Shown here: positions 36,941 to 48,061 of the stretch, in pieces | Position numbering within the stretch: position 1 is the first letter of the stretch | How the letters are laid out: each line of letters starts with the position of its first letter | Origin: Chiloscyllium plagiosum | Taxonomy: Eukaryota | Direction of reading: 5' to 3' | NCBI RefSeq assembly: GCF_004010195.1 | Contig: NC_057720.1 | Span: 16,562,095-16,626,094, forward strand | DNA length: 64,000 nucleotides | Made by a program: the position numbers and the translations under genes | The notes under the pieces: generated by a model | What the model was told of the DNA's origin: nothing | Seen by the model: only the letters and a program-made list of their open reading frames with translations | The model's database searches: none

Positions 36941-38359
36941 TTTCTGCTTTAGTTTTGAAGAGTCACATTGAACCCAAATTATCAACTGTTTTTTCTCTTC
37001 ACAGATACTGCAAGACTTGCTCAGTATTTCCAGGATGATCATTTTCATTGCCTCCCCAATCCAAACAGACATTCTTCCCCCATTCAAGGTGCAGTCTGAA
37101 GAGAGCCACAGAATAGTTACAGCACAGGAGTCAATTTAGCCATTCAAGTCAGTGCCAGCTCTCTGGAAGAATGGCAACTAATTCCATTCCCTTGTTTTTC
37201 CCCTTGGCTTGCAAATGTTTTTCTCTTCAGACAAGTATCCAATGTGAAAGCCACATCCAAACATGATAGCACATCTCAGAGGCCATGCACTCCAGATTAT
37301 AACCAGTCACGGTAAGAAAAAGCTTTTTCTACATAATACCTGTTTCACCTCAAATCAATGGGATGTTTCTTCTAATCTATTCTCAAATCCCGGTCACTAT
37401 TTTGAACATCTCTATCAAATCTCATCTGTGGCTGATCACACATTCAATATTCTACATCAAGCCACCCGCTATAACACACATTATTGATGATTCCATGACA
37501 GATTCTTTATGAGGACGTGACTTGGGCACTTGCCCTAGTGAATCAAAGGAAACCACTTATCCATCAAACCCAGGTTCTTGTTATAACAGATTATTGTAAA
37601 CCTGTCCTCTCCACTCAGCCTTGGTCAGACAGGGTGCCTTCTGACATCATCCAGAAAACTAAAACACCTATTGTTCCCTGACAGGCATAAGTGAAATTAC
37701 AAGGAAGTTTCAGTGGTAGGTGGAACTGATTGGTTCTGATGCTTATACAGCAGGAGGGAGAAAATTTGGAAGAGACTAATGTGGGGTTTTATTTCAGGAA
37801 ACCAGGATTGAAATGACAGAGGACTGTCTGAAATGGTTGGAAGGTGCTGACGAATTTCATCAATGAACTTTACAGATGACACACATTATTGCTACTGGGT
37901 ATTGCCAGTGAAAAGAGAGAATGTTTGTAAATATTGTACCAATAAAGCAGGTAATAGTTTCCTGGATAACATCAGCTTGAATTCTGAGTCTCTGAATTAT
38001 TCTTGTATCTACATTCTTTTGCTACTCTCGTTCAGTTTCTATATAACAGTAACCTGTCATCTTTTAGTTTTCTTGTCCTGTACCTGTCTCTGATATCCAT
38101 GCACAGCAGTGTCTTCTAGAATCTGAAGTTGCTGCGTCCACACGCTGATTGGACTTTGCAAGTGGCTGTGCAGCCACGAAGCTTAGTAGGAATACTGATG
38201 GTAGCCCCGAGGATTTTGATAGATGGGATTTAACACTAGTCACATCATAGAATGTCAGGGTGTTCCTCCCTTTATGGAGATGATCATGCATGGCAAACAA
38301 ATGCCAGGGAATATGGTTTAACATCTGTAAGAGCCCTCTAAACAAATAGAAGATTTACA

Positions 38360-38538
38360 ACTAGGAGAAGGTGAGGACTGCTGATGCTGGAGATCACAGT
38401 CGAATCAGAGGAGCAAGCGAATCAACATTTTGGGCATAAACCCTTCCTGATGAAGGGTTTATGCCTGTAACATCAATTGTCCTGCTCCTCGGATGCTGCC
38501 TGGCCTGCTGTGCCTTTCCAGCACCATACTCTTAGACA
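38360..38538. mobile_element. Older fold-back PLE-derived mini-element (HHR inactivated, GAAA>GTAA)
   Basis: 12-bp TSD AGAAGATTTACA (38348-38359, 38539-38550); CTGATGA at 38447-38453. Confidence 0.85.
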
Positions 38539-41500
38539 AGAAGATTTACAGCACTTCACCGAGTGCTACCATTCAATAAGATCATTTATTTGACCTTGCT
38601 CTGTTTCATTTTCCTGCCTTGACTATTCATTAAAAAAAAATCAAAAAGATTCAAAGTTCAGAATCTTTGCCCCCAAGGTGGTGAAGCATTCTTAACACCT
38701 GGCATTGCCAATGCACTGATATCAGCGAACAGCACAGAATCAAACTTATGACCTTCAATGTCTCAGTACCACAATATCAATAATTTGCTATATCCAAGAT
38801 TAGATATATTTCTCTTTACTCTGCATTACCTCTCAGCAGTCTTGCTTCTTCACTGGAAGCAATGAACAGCATCAGTTGCAAAGAAGTATAGGACACAGAA
38901 AAAAGGTTGTATTCAGTGATGCTGGCTCAGAATACAAAAGACATAAAAATGCATCATGTTCTGATTAGGGAAACCGACAGTGATGTCACAAGTCACTCAC
39001 AAAAATCCAGCTACAAAGACTCTCAGATTGTCTCATCTATGCTTGTAACTTGTCCTCCCTTAACAGAAGCGCAACAAAAACATGGTTATCTCCACCCAAT
39101 GCAACATTAAAAAACATCTCTCGGACTGATCAGAAAATTAGAACCACAGAAAAAAGTTACAATACAGAAAGCGGTCATTCAAACCATTAAGTCTGCTTCA
39201 GCAAAATAAATTAGCAGCCCATTGTAATTCCATTTACAATAAGACCATATGAAATAAGAACGTGTAGGATTCGTCGGATCATGACTGGTCCGACATGTCA
39301 CACATCCACTTTCCTGCCCTTTTCAGTAACCCTCAATTCCCCACTGATCAAAAATCTCTCAGCCTTAAATATATAAAAGGACAGTGGCCATAGGACGCTC
39401 GATGGCAAGGAATTTCAAAGACACAATTCTTTAAGAAAAGAAATTCCTCTTTACCAGGGTCTTAAACTGGCGGACCTTAATTCTGAGACTTTATCCTCAG
39501 GTCCTAAATTCTACAAAGGTGGGGAAATGTCCTCTCAACATTCAACTTGTCAAGCCACTTAAGAATCCTTTATGCTTTAATGACATAACCTGTCATTTTT
39601 CTAAACTCAAAGGAGTAGAATCGAAACCTGTTTAAGCCTTAGTTCGCATGAAAGTCCATCCATATCAAGGATCTTTCATCCTCGTGACCTTCTCTGACCC
39701 GCCTCTAATAAAATGTTATCTTTCCTTCAATAAAGAGACCAAAGCTGCACAGTATTCCAGATATAGTCTCACCAGCACCTTGCATAATTGCAGTAAGACT
39801 TCCATCCTCTCATACTCTTAAGCCCTTGAAACAATACCTCTCAAGTCCCTTTGCTTTCTGCAGTTTTGTACTCCTATTTGCCAACATTTTGCCCACTTAC
39901 TTAACATATCAAGATCTCTAAATTGCTGTGTCTCTCTCTCCCAGCCTGCCTACCCCCCCCCCCCCACGAGTCATCAAATTTCGCTACAGTACCTTCATTT
40001 CCTTTCATGTCAACAAACACAAACCGTAAACAGCTGTGGTCCCAGCATTGATCCCTGCGGAACCCCACTCGTCGCAGGTTGCCAATATGAAAAACATACT
40101 GCTTATTTCCATTCGCTGTTTCCTGCCCATGAGCCAGTTCTCTATGCCATTAAACACCGCCAATAGTGTGGGCTTTTATCATATAGAACATAGAACATTA
40201 CAGCACAGTATAGGCTCTTTTGCCCTTCGTTGTGCCGACCTGTGAAATCAACTTGAAGTCCATCTGACCTACACTATTCCATTTTCATTCCTATTTCGAT
40301 CGAATGACTATTTAAATGCCCTTAAAGTTGGCGAGTCTACTGCTGTTGCAGGCAGGCTGTTGTAAAGAAACTACCTCTGAAATCTGTTCTATATCTATCA
40401 TCCCTCAATTTAAAGCAATGTCCCCTTGTATTAGCCATCATCATCCAAGGAAAAAAGATTCTCACTGTTCATCCTATCGAACCCTCAGACATACAAGATA
40501 ATCTATCAAATCACCACTCAACCTTCTTCTAACAAAAACAGCCTCAAGTCCCTCAGCCTTTCCTCGCAAGACCTTTCCTCCATACCAGGCAATATCAGAG
40601 TAAATCTCCTCTGAACCCTGTCCAAAGCTTCCACATCCTTCCTATAATGCAGTAACCAAAAGTGTACGCAATACTCCAAGCAAGACTGCACCAGAGTTTT
40701 GTATAGTTGCAACATGACCTCACGACTGCGAAAGGCAATCCCTCTGAATAAAAGCTAAGACACTGTTATGCCTTCTTAATAACCCTTTCAACTTGGGTGG
40801 CAACTTTCAGGGATCTATGGACACAGATCTCTCTGCTCATCCACATTACTAAGAACCTTACCATTAGATGTGATCTGTATTCCTGTTGCTCCTTCCAAAG
40901 TAAATCACCTCTCACTTTGCCTCATTAAACTCTATTTGCCACCTCTCAGCCCAGCTCTGCAGCTTATCCACATCCCTTTGCAACCTGCAACATCCTTCAG
41001 CACTATCCACAACTCTACTGACCTTAGGGTCATCCACAAATTAACTCATCCTTCTACGCCCTCATTCAGATAATTTATAAAAATGACAAACAGCAGTGGA
41101 CCCAAAATAGATCCTTTCGGTACACCACAAGTAACTGAACTCCAGGATGAACATTTCCCATCAACCATCACCCTCTGTCTTCTTTCAGTCAGCCAATTTC
41201 TGATCCAAACTGCAAAATCACCTTCAATCCCAAGCCTCCATACATTGTGCAATAGCCTATCGTGGGGAACCTTATCAAAACGCCGTACAGAAACTCAAAC
41301 ACCACATCAACCGCTTTACCCTCATCCACCTGTTTGGTCACCTTCTCAAAAGAACTCAATAAGGTTTGTGAAGCACGACCTACCCTTCACAAAACTGTAC
41401 TGACTATCCCTAATCAGATTATTCCTTTCCAGACGATAAAAGATAGGATTTATAACCTTTTCCAACACTTTGCCCACAATCAAAGTAAGGTTCACTGGTG

Positions 41501-41574
41501 TATAATTACCAGGTTATTTCTACTCTCCTTCTTGAACAAGGGAACATTTGCTATCCTCCAGTCTTCTGGCACTA

Positions 41575-42840
41575 CAGAAGAACCTCAAACTATCTGAACA
41601 CCAATTATCCGAATATCAGACTATCCAAAGGGGATCTCAAAGTCCAGGTAGAAACATTACGTCAATGAGCTGTTTCAACCCTGATCGCATCTTCCGTTTA
41701 CAGGTACAACGGTAAGAACAAACCCAGCGCGTCGCCGCCACGTACGGCCCTGGACAGTCCAGGCACCATCCCGGAACGGACGACACACACACACACCTTC
41801 CCTGGAGTTCTACACAGGGATGTACCCTAAATCTCCCGTCCCCAGATAATCTTTCCAACACAGTCCTTCCTGTACAAGGGAAACTTGGAAGCTGTCAAAA
41901 TGGTGTGCGCTAGTTATTTGGAGACTTACCTCACTAAGTCAGCGGAGTTACTGTTGAGACACAGTCCGGCTGCCACAGGGAGGGGGGTTGGGTCAAACGG
42001 GGANNNNNNNNNNNNNNNNNNNNNNNNNNNNNNNNNNNNNNNNNNNNNNNNNNNNNNNNNNNNNNNNNNNNNNNNNNNNNNNNNNNNNNNNNNNNNNNNN
42101 NNNNNNNNNNNNNNNNNNNNNNNNNNNNNNNNNNNNNNNNNNNNNNNNNNNNNNNNNNNNNNNNNNNNNNNNNNNNNNNNNNNNNNNNNNNNNNNNNNNN
42201 NNNNNNNNNNNNNNNNNNNNNNNNNNNNNNNNNNNNNNNNNNNNNNNNNNNNNNNNNNNNNNNNNNNNNNNNNNNNNNNNNNNNNNNNNNNNNNNNNNNN
42301 NNNNNNNNNNNNNNNNNNNNNNNNNNNNNNNNNNNNNNNNNNNNNNNNNNNNNNNNNNNNNNNNNNNNNNNNNNNNNNNNNNNNNNNNNNNNNNNNNNNN
42401 NNNNNNNNNNNNNNNNNNNNNNNNNNNNNNNNNNNNNNNNNNNNNNNNNNNNNNNNNNNNNNNNNNNNNNNNNNNNNNNNNNNNNNNNNNNNNNNNNNNN
42501 NNNNNNNNNNNNNNNNNNNNNNNNNNNNNNNNNNNNNNNNNNNNNNNNNNNNNNNNNNNNNNNNAGGAGAGGGTTGTTGGAGCGGATAGGGTTGGGGGCA
42601 TCGGGGGCAGAGTGGGAGAGGGCAGGGTTGGGCCCAGCAGAGGGGCAGGGTAGGAGCGGACAGAGTTGGTGACGTGGGGTGGGGGGGGGGTCTCACGTAC
42701 GGTATTCTTTTGCCGAATCTGAACGGGGAGCAGACTTCATAGAAAACTCAAGAGCCCGGAGAAAATCAAGCAACTGAATAACCAATTACCAGAATGAAAT
42801 AATGCCCGTCCATTTCATTCGGATAATCAAGGTTCCTCTG
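41575..42840. mobile_element. Non-autonomous Tc1/mariner (pogo/Tigger-type) DNA transposon
   Basis: TA|CAGAAGAACCTCAAACTATCTGAA ... TTCGGATAATCAAGGTTCCTCTG|TA; CR1 sequence is continuous across the TA site. Confidence 0.85.
42004..42564. other. Assembly gap (561 N) inside a G-rich low-complexity tract
   Basis: Run of N flanked by GGGTTGG/GGAGCGGA-type repeats. Confidence 1.
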
Positions 42841-44907
42841 TATTCCTATAGACAATGACAACAAAAATCAAAGCCAAAGGCTTGGCAATCTCCCCATGGC
42901 TTCCCAGAGAATCCTAGGATAAATCCCATCTGGCCCAGAGGACTCATTCTATTTTCACACTTTTCAGAATTGCTCCTTAGGAACCTCAATCCCGTCTAGT
43001 CTAATAGCCTGTATCTCAGTATTCTCCTCAACAAGTCTTTTTCCTGTGTGAATACTGATTAAAAATATTCATTTAGCGCCCCTCCTAATTCTTTGTCCAT
43101 GTACATCTTCCCACTATTGTCCTTGACTGGCCCTAATCTTACTCTAGTCATTTATTCCTGACATACTTACACAAGGTTTTAGGGTTTTCCTTGATCCTGC
43201 CTGCCAAAGACTTCTCATGTCCCCTCCTGGCTCTTATTAGCTCTCTCTTTAGGTCTTTCCTGGCTAAATTGTACACCCTCAAGTGCCCCAACTGAGTCAT
43301 CACATCTCATCCTAACATAAACCTTCTTCCTCTTGACTAGAGATTCAACTTCTTTCGTAAACCATGGTTCCCTCATTCGATCACTTCCTCCCTACTGACA
43401 GGTGCATACTTAACAAGGACACGCAGTAGCTGTTCCTTGAACAAGCTCCACATTTCAATTGTGCTCATCCCTTGCAGTTTCCTTTCCCATCCTATGCATC
43501 TCAAATATTGGCTAATCACATCGTTTTTGCCTCTCCCCCAGCTATAACTCTTGCCCCGCGGTATATATTTATCCCTTCCATTGCTAAAGTAAACATAACC
43601 GAATTGTGGTCACTATCACCAAAGTGCTTACCTACCACCAAATCTACCACCGGGCCAGGTTCATTACCCAGTACCAAATTCAATGTGGCCTTGCCCCATG
43701 GTGTCTTGTCTACATACCGTGTCAGGAAACCCTTCTGCACGCATTGAACAAAAATTGACCCATCTCAAGTACTTGAACTATAGTATTCCCAGTCAATATT
43801 TGGAAAGTTAAAGTCACCATAACAACTACCCTGTTATTTTCATTCCTACCCAGAATCATCTTTGCAATCCTTTCCTCTACATCTCTGGAACTATTTGGAG
43901 GCCGATAAAAAACTCGCCACAGGGTGGCCTCTCCTTTCTCGTTTCTAATCTCAGCCCATACTACTTCAGTAGATGAGTCCTCAATCGTCCTTCCTGCAAC
44001 TGCAATCCTGTGCTTGAATAACAATGCCACAACTCCCACCATCCTTCCGTCCCCGCCCCCACATCTTTGTACCATCTTCTCTGTTCTTACAGAAAGATCT
44101 AAATCCCGAAATCTGAAACAACCATTCCTGTCCCTGCTCTATCCATGTCTCCGAAATGGCCACATCAAAACCTTAGGTATCAACTCATGCTGCAAGTTCA
44201 CCCACCTTACTCTGGATGCTCCTTGCAATGAAGTGGACACACTTCAAACCAACTTCTTGCTTGCCAGTGCCCTCTTGCGACCTTGAAACCTTATTTATGA
44301 CCTCACTACTCTCAACCTCCTGTGCAGGGAACAACAATTTGGGTTCCCATCGCCCCACTGAATTAATTTAAACCAAGACAGCATTAGCAAAATTTCCCCC
44401 CAGGATATTGGTACTCCTCTGGTTCAGGTGAAGACTGCAGAGATCCCACTTATCCCAGAATGAGCCCTAATTATCAAGGAATTCAAAACCCTCCCTCCTG
44501 CATCATCCCTGTAGCCAAGTGTTCAACTCCTCTCTCTCCCTATTCCTTGCCTCGCCAGCACGTGGCACAGGCAACATACCAGAGATAACACCTGTTTGTC
44601 CCACATCTAAGCTTCCACCCCAGCTCCCCGAATTTCTGCTTTCAATCCCCATCTCTTCCTCCCTACATGGACCACGACTTAGGGCTGTTCCCCCTCAAGG
44701 ATCCCAAAAACATGATCAGAGACATCACGAACCCTGGCACCTGGGAGACAACACTTCATCTTTAATGAAGTACTTTGTCATAAGTCGGCTGAACGTTTAA
44801 ATGCAGCACATCTAATGGCTCCCCTCTACCCAGTTTGGTTTAGACTTCCTTTAAAAAAAAACTCAAATAGTCAGATATGACTTCCTCTTCATGAAGTTAT
44901 GCTGATT

Positions 44908-45075
44908 CTAATGTCTTTTAGGGAAGGAAACTACCATCCGTACCTGGTCTGGCCTACATATAACCCTAGACCCACAGCAATGTGGTTGACTATTAACTGC
45001 CCTCTGGACAATTAGGGATAGGTAATAAATGCTACCCAACCAGCGACACCCTCATCCCATGAATGAATAAAAAAA
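44908..45075 (+). mobile_element. 5'-truncated tRNA-head SINE
   Basis: TAGGGAAGGAAA...CCCACAGCAATGTGGTTGACT...GCCCTCTGGACAATTAGGGATAGGTAATAAATGC...GAATGAATAAAAAAAA. Confidence 0.8.
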
Positions 45076-45266
45076 ATTCTTACACTCCAATCCCATTGCA
45101 ATACAGGCCTAAACACTATTTGCCTGTTTAGTCACTTGCTGTTCCAGTAAAACAACTTAGTCCCTTGCATGAATGCATTCAAGTCTCCAAACATCAACAT
45201 TTAGAAGTTTCATGCCTTTTAAAAAAACTCTGCTTTTTCTGTTCGTATAGTGAAAGTGAAAAACTT

Positions 45267-46064
45267 CATAGAACATAGAACATAGAACAATACAGCACAG
45301 AACAGGCCCTTCGGCCCACGATGTTGTGCCGAACTTCTAACCTAGATTAAGTACCCATCCATGTACCTATCCAAATGCCGCTTAAAGGTCGCCAATGATT
45401 CCGACTCCACCACTCCCACGGGCAGCTCATTCCATGCCCCCACCACTCTCTGGGTAAAGAACCCACCCCTGACATCTCCCCTATACCTTCCACCCTTCAC
45501 CTTAAATTTATGTCCCCTTGTAACACTCTGTTGTACCTGGGGAAAAAGTTTCTGACTGTCTACTCTATCTATTCCTCTGATCATCTTATAAACCTCTATC
45601 AAGTCACCCCTCATCCTTCGCCGTTCCAACGAGAAAAGGCCGAGAACTCTCAACCTATCCTCGTACGACTTCCTCTCCATTCCAGGCAACATCCTGGTAA
45701 ATCTTCTCTGCACCCTCTCCAAAGCTTCCACATCTTTCCTATAGTGAGGCGACCAGAACTGCACACAGTACTCCAACTGTGGCCTAACCAAAGTCCTGTA
45801 CAGCTGCAACATCACTTCACGACTCTTGAATTCAATCCCTCTGCTAATGAACGATAATACTCCATAGGCCTTCTTACAAACTCTATCCACCTGAGTGGCA
45901 ACCTTCAAAGATCTATGTACATAGACCCCAAGATCCCTCTGTTCCTCCACCTGACTAAGAACCCTACCATTAACCCTGTATTCCGCATTCTTATTTGTTC
46001 TTCCAAAATGGACAACCTCACACTTGGCAGGGTTGAACTCCATCTGCCACTCCTCAGCCCAGCT
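45267..46064 (-). mobile_element. Young CR1 3' fragment with stop-free ~240-aa ORF2 C-terminus
   Basis: ORF 45342-46067 (WQMEFNPAKCEVVHFG...LYRTLVRPQLEYCVQFWSP); (TTCTATG)n tail. Confidence 0.95.
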
Positions 46065-46499
46065 CATATTCTCATTATATTCAACCAGCCACCTTGCTTC
46101 TCAACACCTAACCTGTCTTCAGTTTCTGTGCAACCTGTTAGTGCACAGTTTTAATTCCCAGTTAGTTTTGTATCATAATAAACTTCAATACATTACTTTT
46201 GGGCTCATTGTCAAAGTAATTTAGGATTGTAAATAGCTAAAGTCCAAGCACTGATCCTTGTGACAATCCACTAGTCACAACTTGCCAACATGAAAATACT
46301 ATCTGCTCCTCCAGTCGGATTCCTATTTATTACCTAATCTTATATCTATAGCCTAATTTCTGTTCGTGTTTTATGGTAAGGATCTTCTGCAATCATCTAC
46401 CTTCCACTGATGTATGGCTCACTTCTCTATAGTTTTCTGGATCTCCTTGTTGTTCTTCTTAAAGAAAAGAAATAGCACTGGCCATTCTCCAGTCTTCAG

Positions 46500-47950
46500 A
46501 AACTGGTGGATGCGGTGTATCTGGATTTCCAGAAGGTATTCGACTAGGTGCCGCACAAAGGCTGCTGGATAAGATAAACTTGCATACTGTTACAAGTAAT
46601 GTGTTAGCATGGATAGAGGATTGGTTAACGAAAAAAATGCAAAGACTGGGGACAAATGGGTGGTTTTCTAGTTGGTGACCAGTGTCTAAAGGTGTGCCTC
46701 AATGATCAGTTTGGGACCGCAACTATTTATAATTTAGATAGATGATTTGAAATTGGGGATCAAGTGTGTCAAAGTTTGCAGATGACACGAAGATGAGTGT
46801 TAGTGCAAAGCATGCATGGGACAAGTGAAAGTCTGTAGAGGGATATAGATAGATTAAGTGATGGGCAAGAGTTTTGCAGAAGGAGTACAATACGAGGTCA
46901 TCTATTTTGGAAGGAAAAACAAAATGGACTCTTAAATGGTGAAAAATTGCAGCATGCTGCTGCGCAGAGGCACCTAGGTGTCCTTGTGCATGAATCACAA
47001 AACGTTGGTTTGCAGGTAATTAAGAAAGCAAATGGAATGCAATCGTTCATTGCTAGAGGAATGGAGTTAAAAGCTGATATGCTGCAGCTGTATGTGGAGC
47101 TGGTGAGGCCACACCAGGTGTACTGTGTCCTGTTTAGATTAGATTAGATTACATTACAGTGTGGAAACAGGCCCTTCGGGCCAACAAGTCCACACTGACC
47201 CGCCGAAGCGCAACCCACCCATACCCCTATCTTTACCCCTTACCTAACACTACGGGCAATTTAGCATGGCCAATTCACCTGACCTGCACATCATTGGACT
47301 GTGGGAGGAAACCGGAGCACCCGGAGGAAACCCACACAGACATGGGGAGAATGTGCAAACTCCACACATTCAGTCGCCTGAGGCGGGAATTGAACCCGGG
47401 TCTCTGGCGCTGTGAGGCAGCAGTGCTAACCACTGTGCCACCGTGCCGCCCACAACTGAGACACTATGTAAGAGTACCGAAGGGCATACAGGGGAGTCGA
47501 TTGTGAAGTTGAGGGGGTTCACTTCGGAGGAGAGGTTGAGTAGACTGAGACTATACTCATTGGAATTTAGAAGCATTAGAGATGATCTTATAGAAACATA
47601 AAATTATGCAGGAAATAGATAAGATAGAAGGAGGGAGGTTGTTACCACTGGCGGGTGAAATTAGAACTAGGGGGCATAGCCTCAAATTAAGGGGGAACAA
47701 ATTCAGGACAGAGTTGAGGAGGAACTGCTTCACCCAAATGGTTGCGAATTGCTGGAATCTCCTGCCCAACGACGCAGTTCCAGCTACCTCGTTGAATGAT
47801 TTTAGGGCAAAGGTAGATAGATTTTTTTGAACAGTAAAGGAATCAAGGGCTAGTGGGTGGGCACTTAAGTGGAGCTGAGTCCATGATCTCATTGAATGGG
47901 ACAGCAAGCACGAGCGGCCAAATGGCCTACTCCTAATCCTTGTTCTTACG
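46500..47950 (+). mobile_element. Decayed CR1 RT to 3' end, hosting a SINE
   Basis: VDAVYLDFQKVFD, KFADDTK, RGHSLKLRG motifs. Confidence 0.85.
47134..47451 (-). mobile_element. Young full-length HE1-type tRNA-derived V-SINE
   Basis: A-box TGGCACAGTGG (47440-47430), B-box GGTTCAATTCC (47396-47386), central GGGTTTCCTCCGGGTGCTCCGGTTTCCTCCCACA, CR1-like tail GGGCCTGTTTCCACACTGTA and (AATCT)n. Confidence 0.92.
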
Positions 47951-48061
47951 TACTTAGACTTCATCTGTAGTTAAAGAAAACACAATCAGTCTCTATCGAA
48001 GATCTCTCCCTTGCCTCCCACAATATCCTGGAATAGACCATATCAGTCCGTGGCGATCTAT

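Larger units (their letters stand above)
40181..44755 (-). mobile_element. Decayed near-full-length CR1 LINE interrupted by a MITE
   Basis: [30 protein letters not shown] and LYKTLV.S.LEYCV motifs; ORF1 remnant ~44500-44750; (TTCTAT)n tail at ~40185. Confidence 0.9.

Noticed and set aside
38084..38345. Exon-like minus-strand segment (ORF 38064-38345) with AG/GT boundaries
   Set aside because: Other frames read MIISIK...LTF...IKILGATI, matching the RT end of the tRNA-head LINE; it is a decayed repeat.
41885..42696. Long ORFs of 200-256 aa
   Set aside because: Artefacts of translating through the N-gap.
47380..47451. tRNA gene
   Set aside because: A/B boxes belong to a SINE head that continues into SINE body and tail; not a standalone tRNA.
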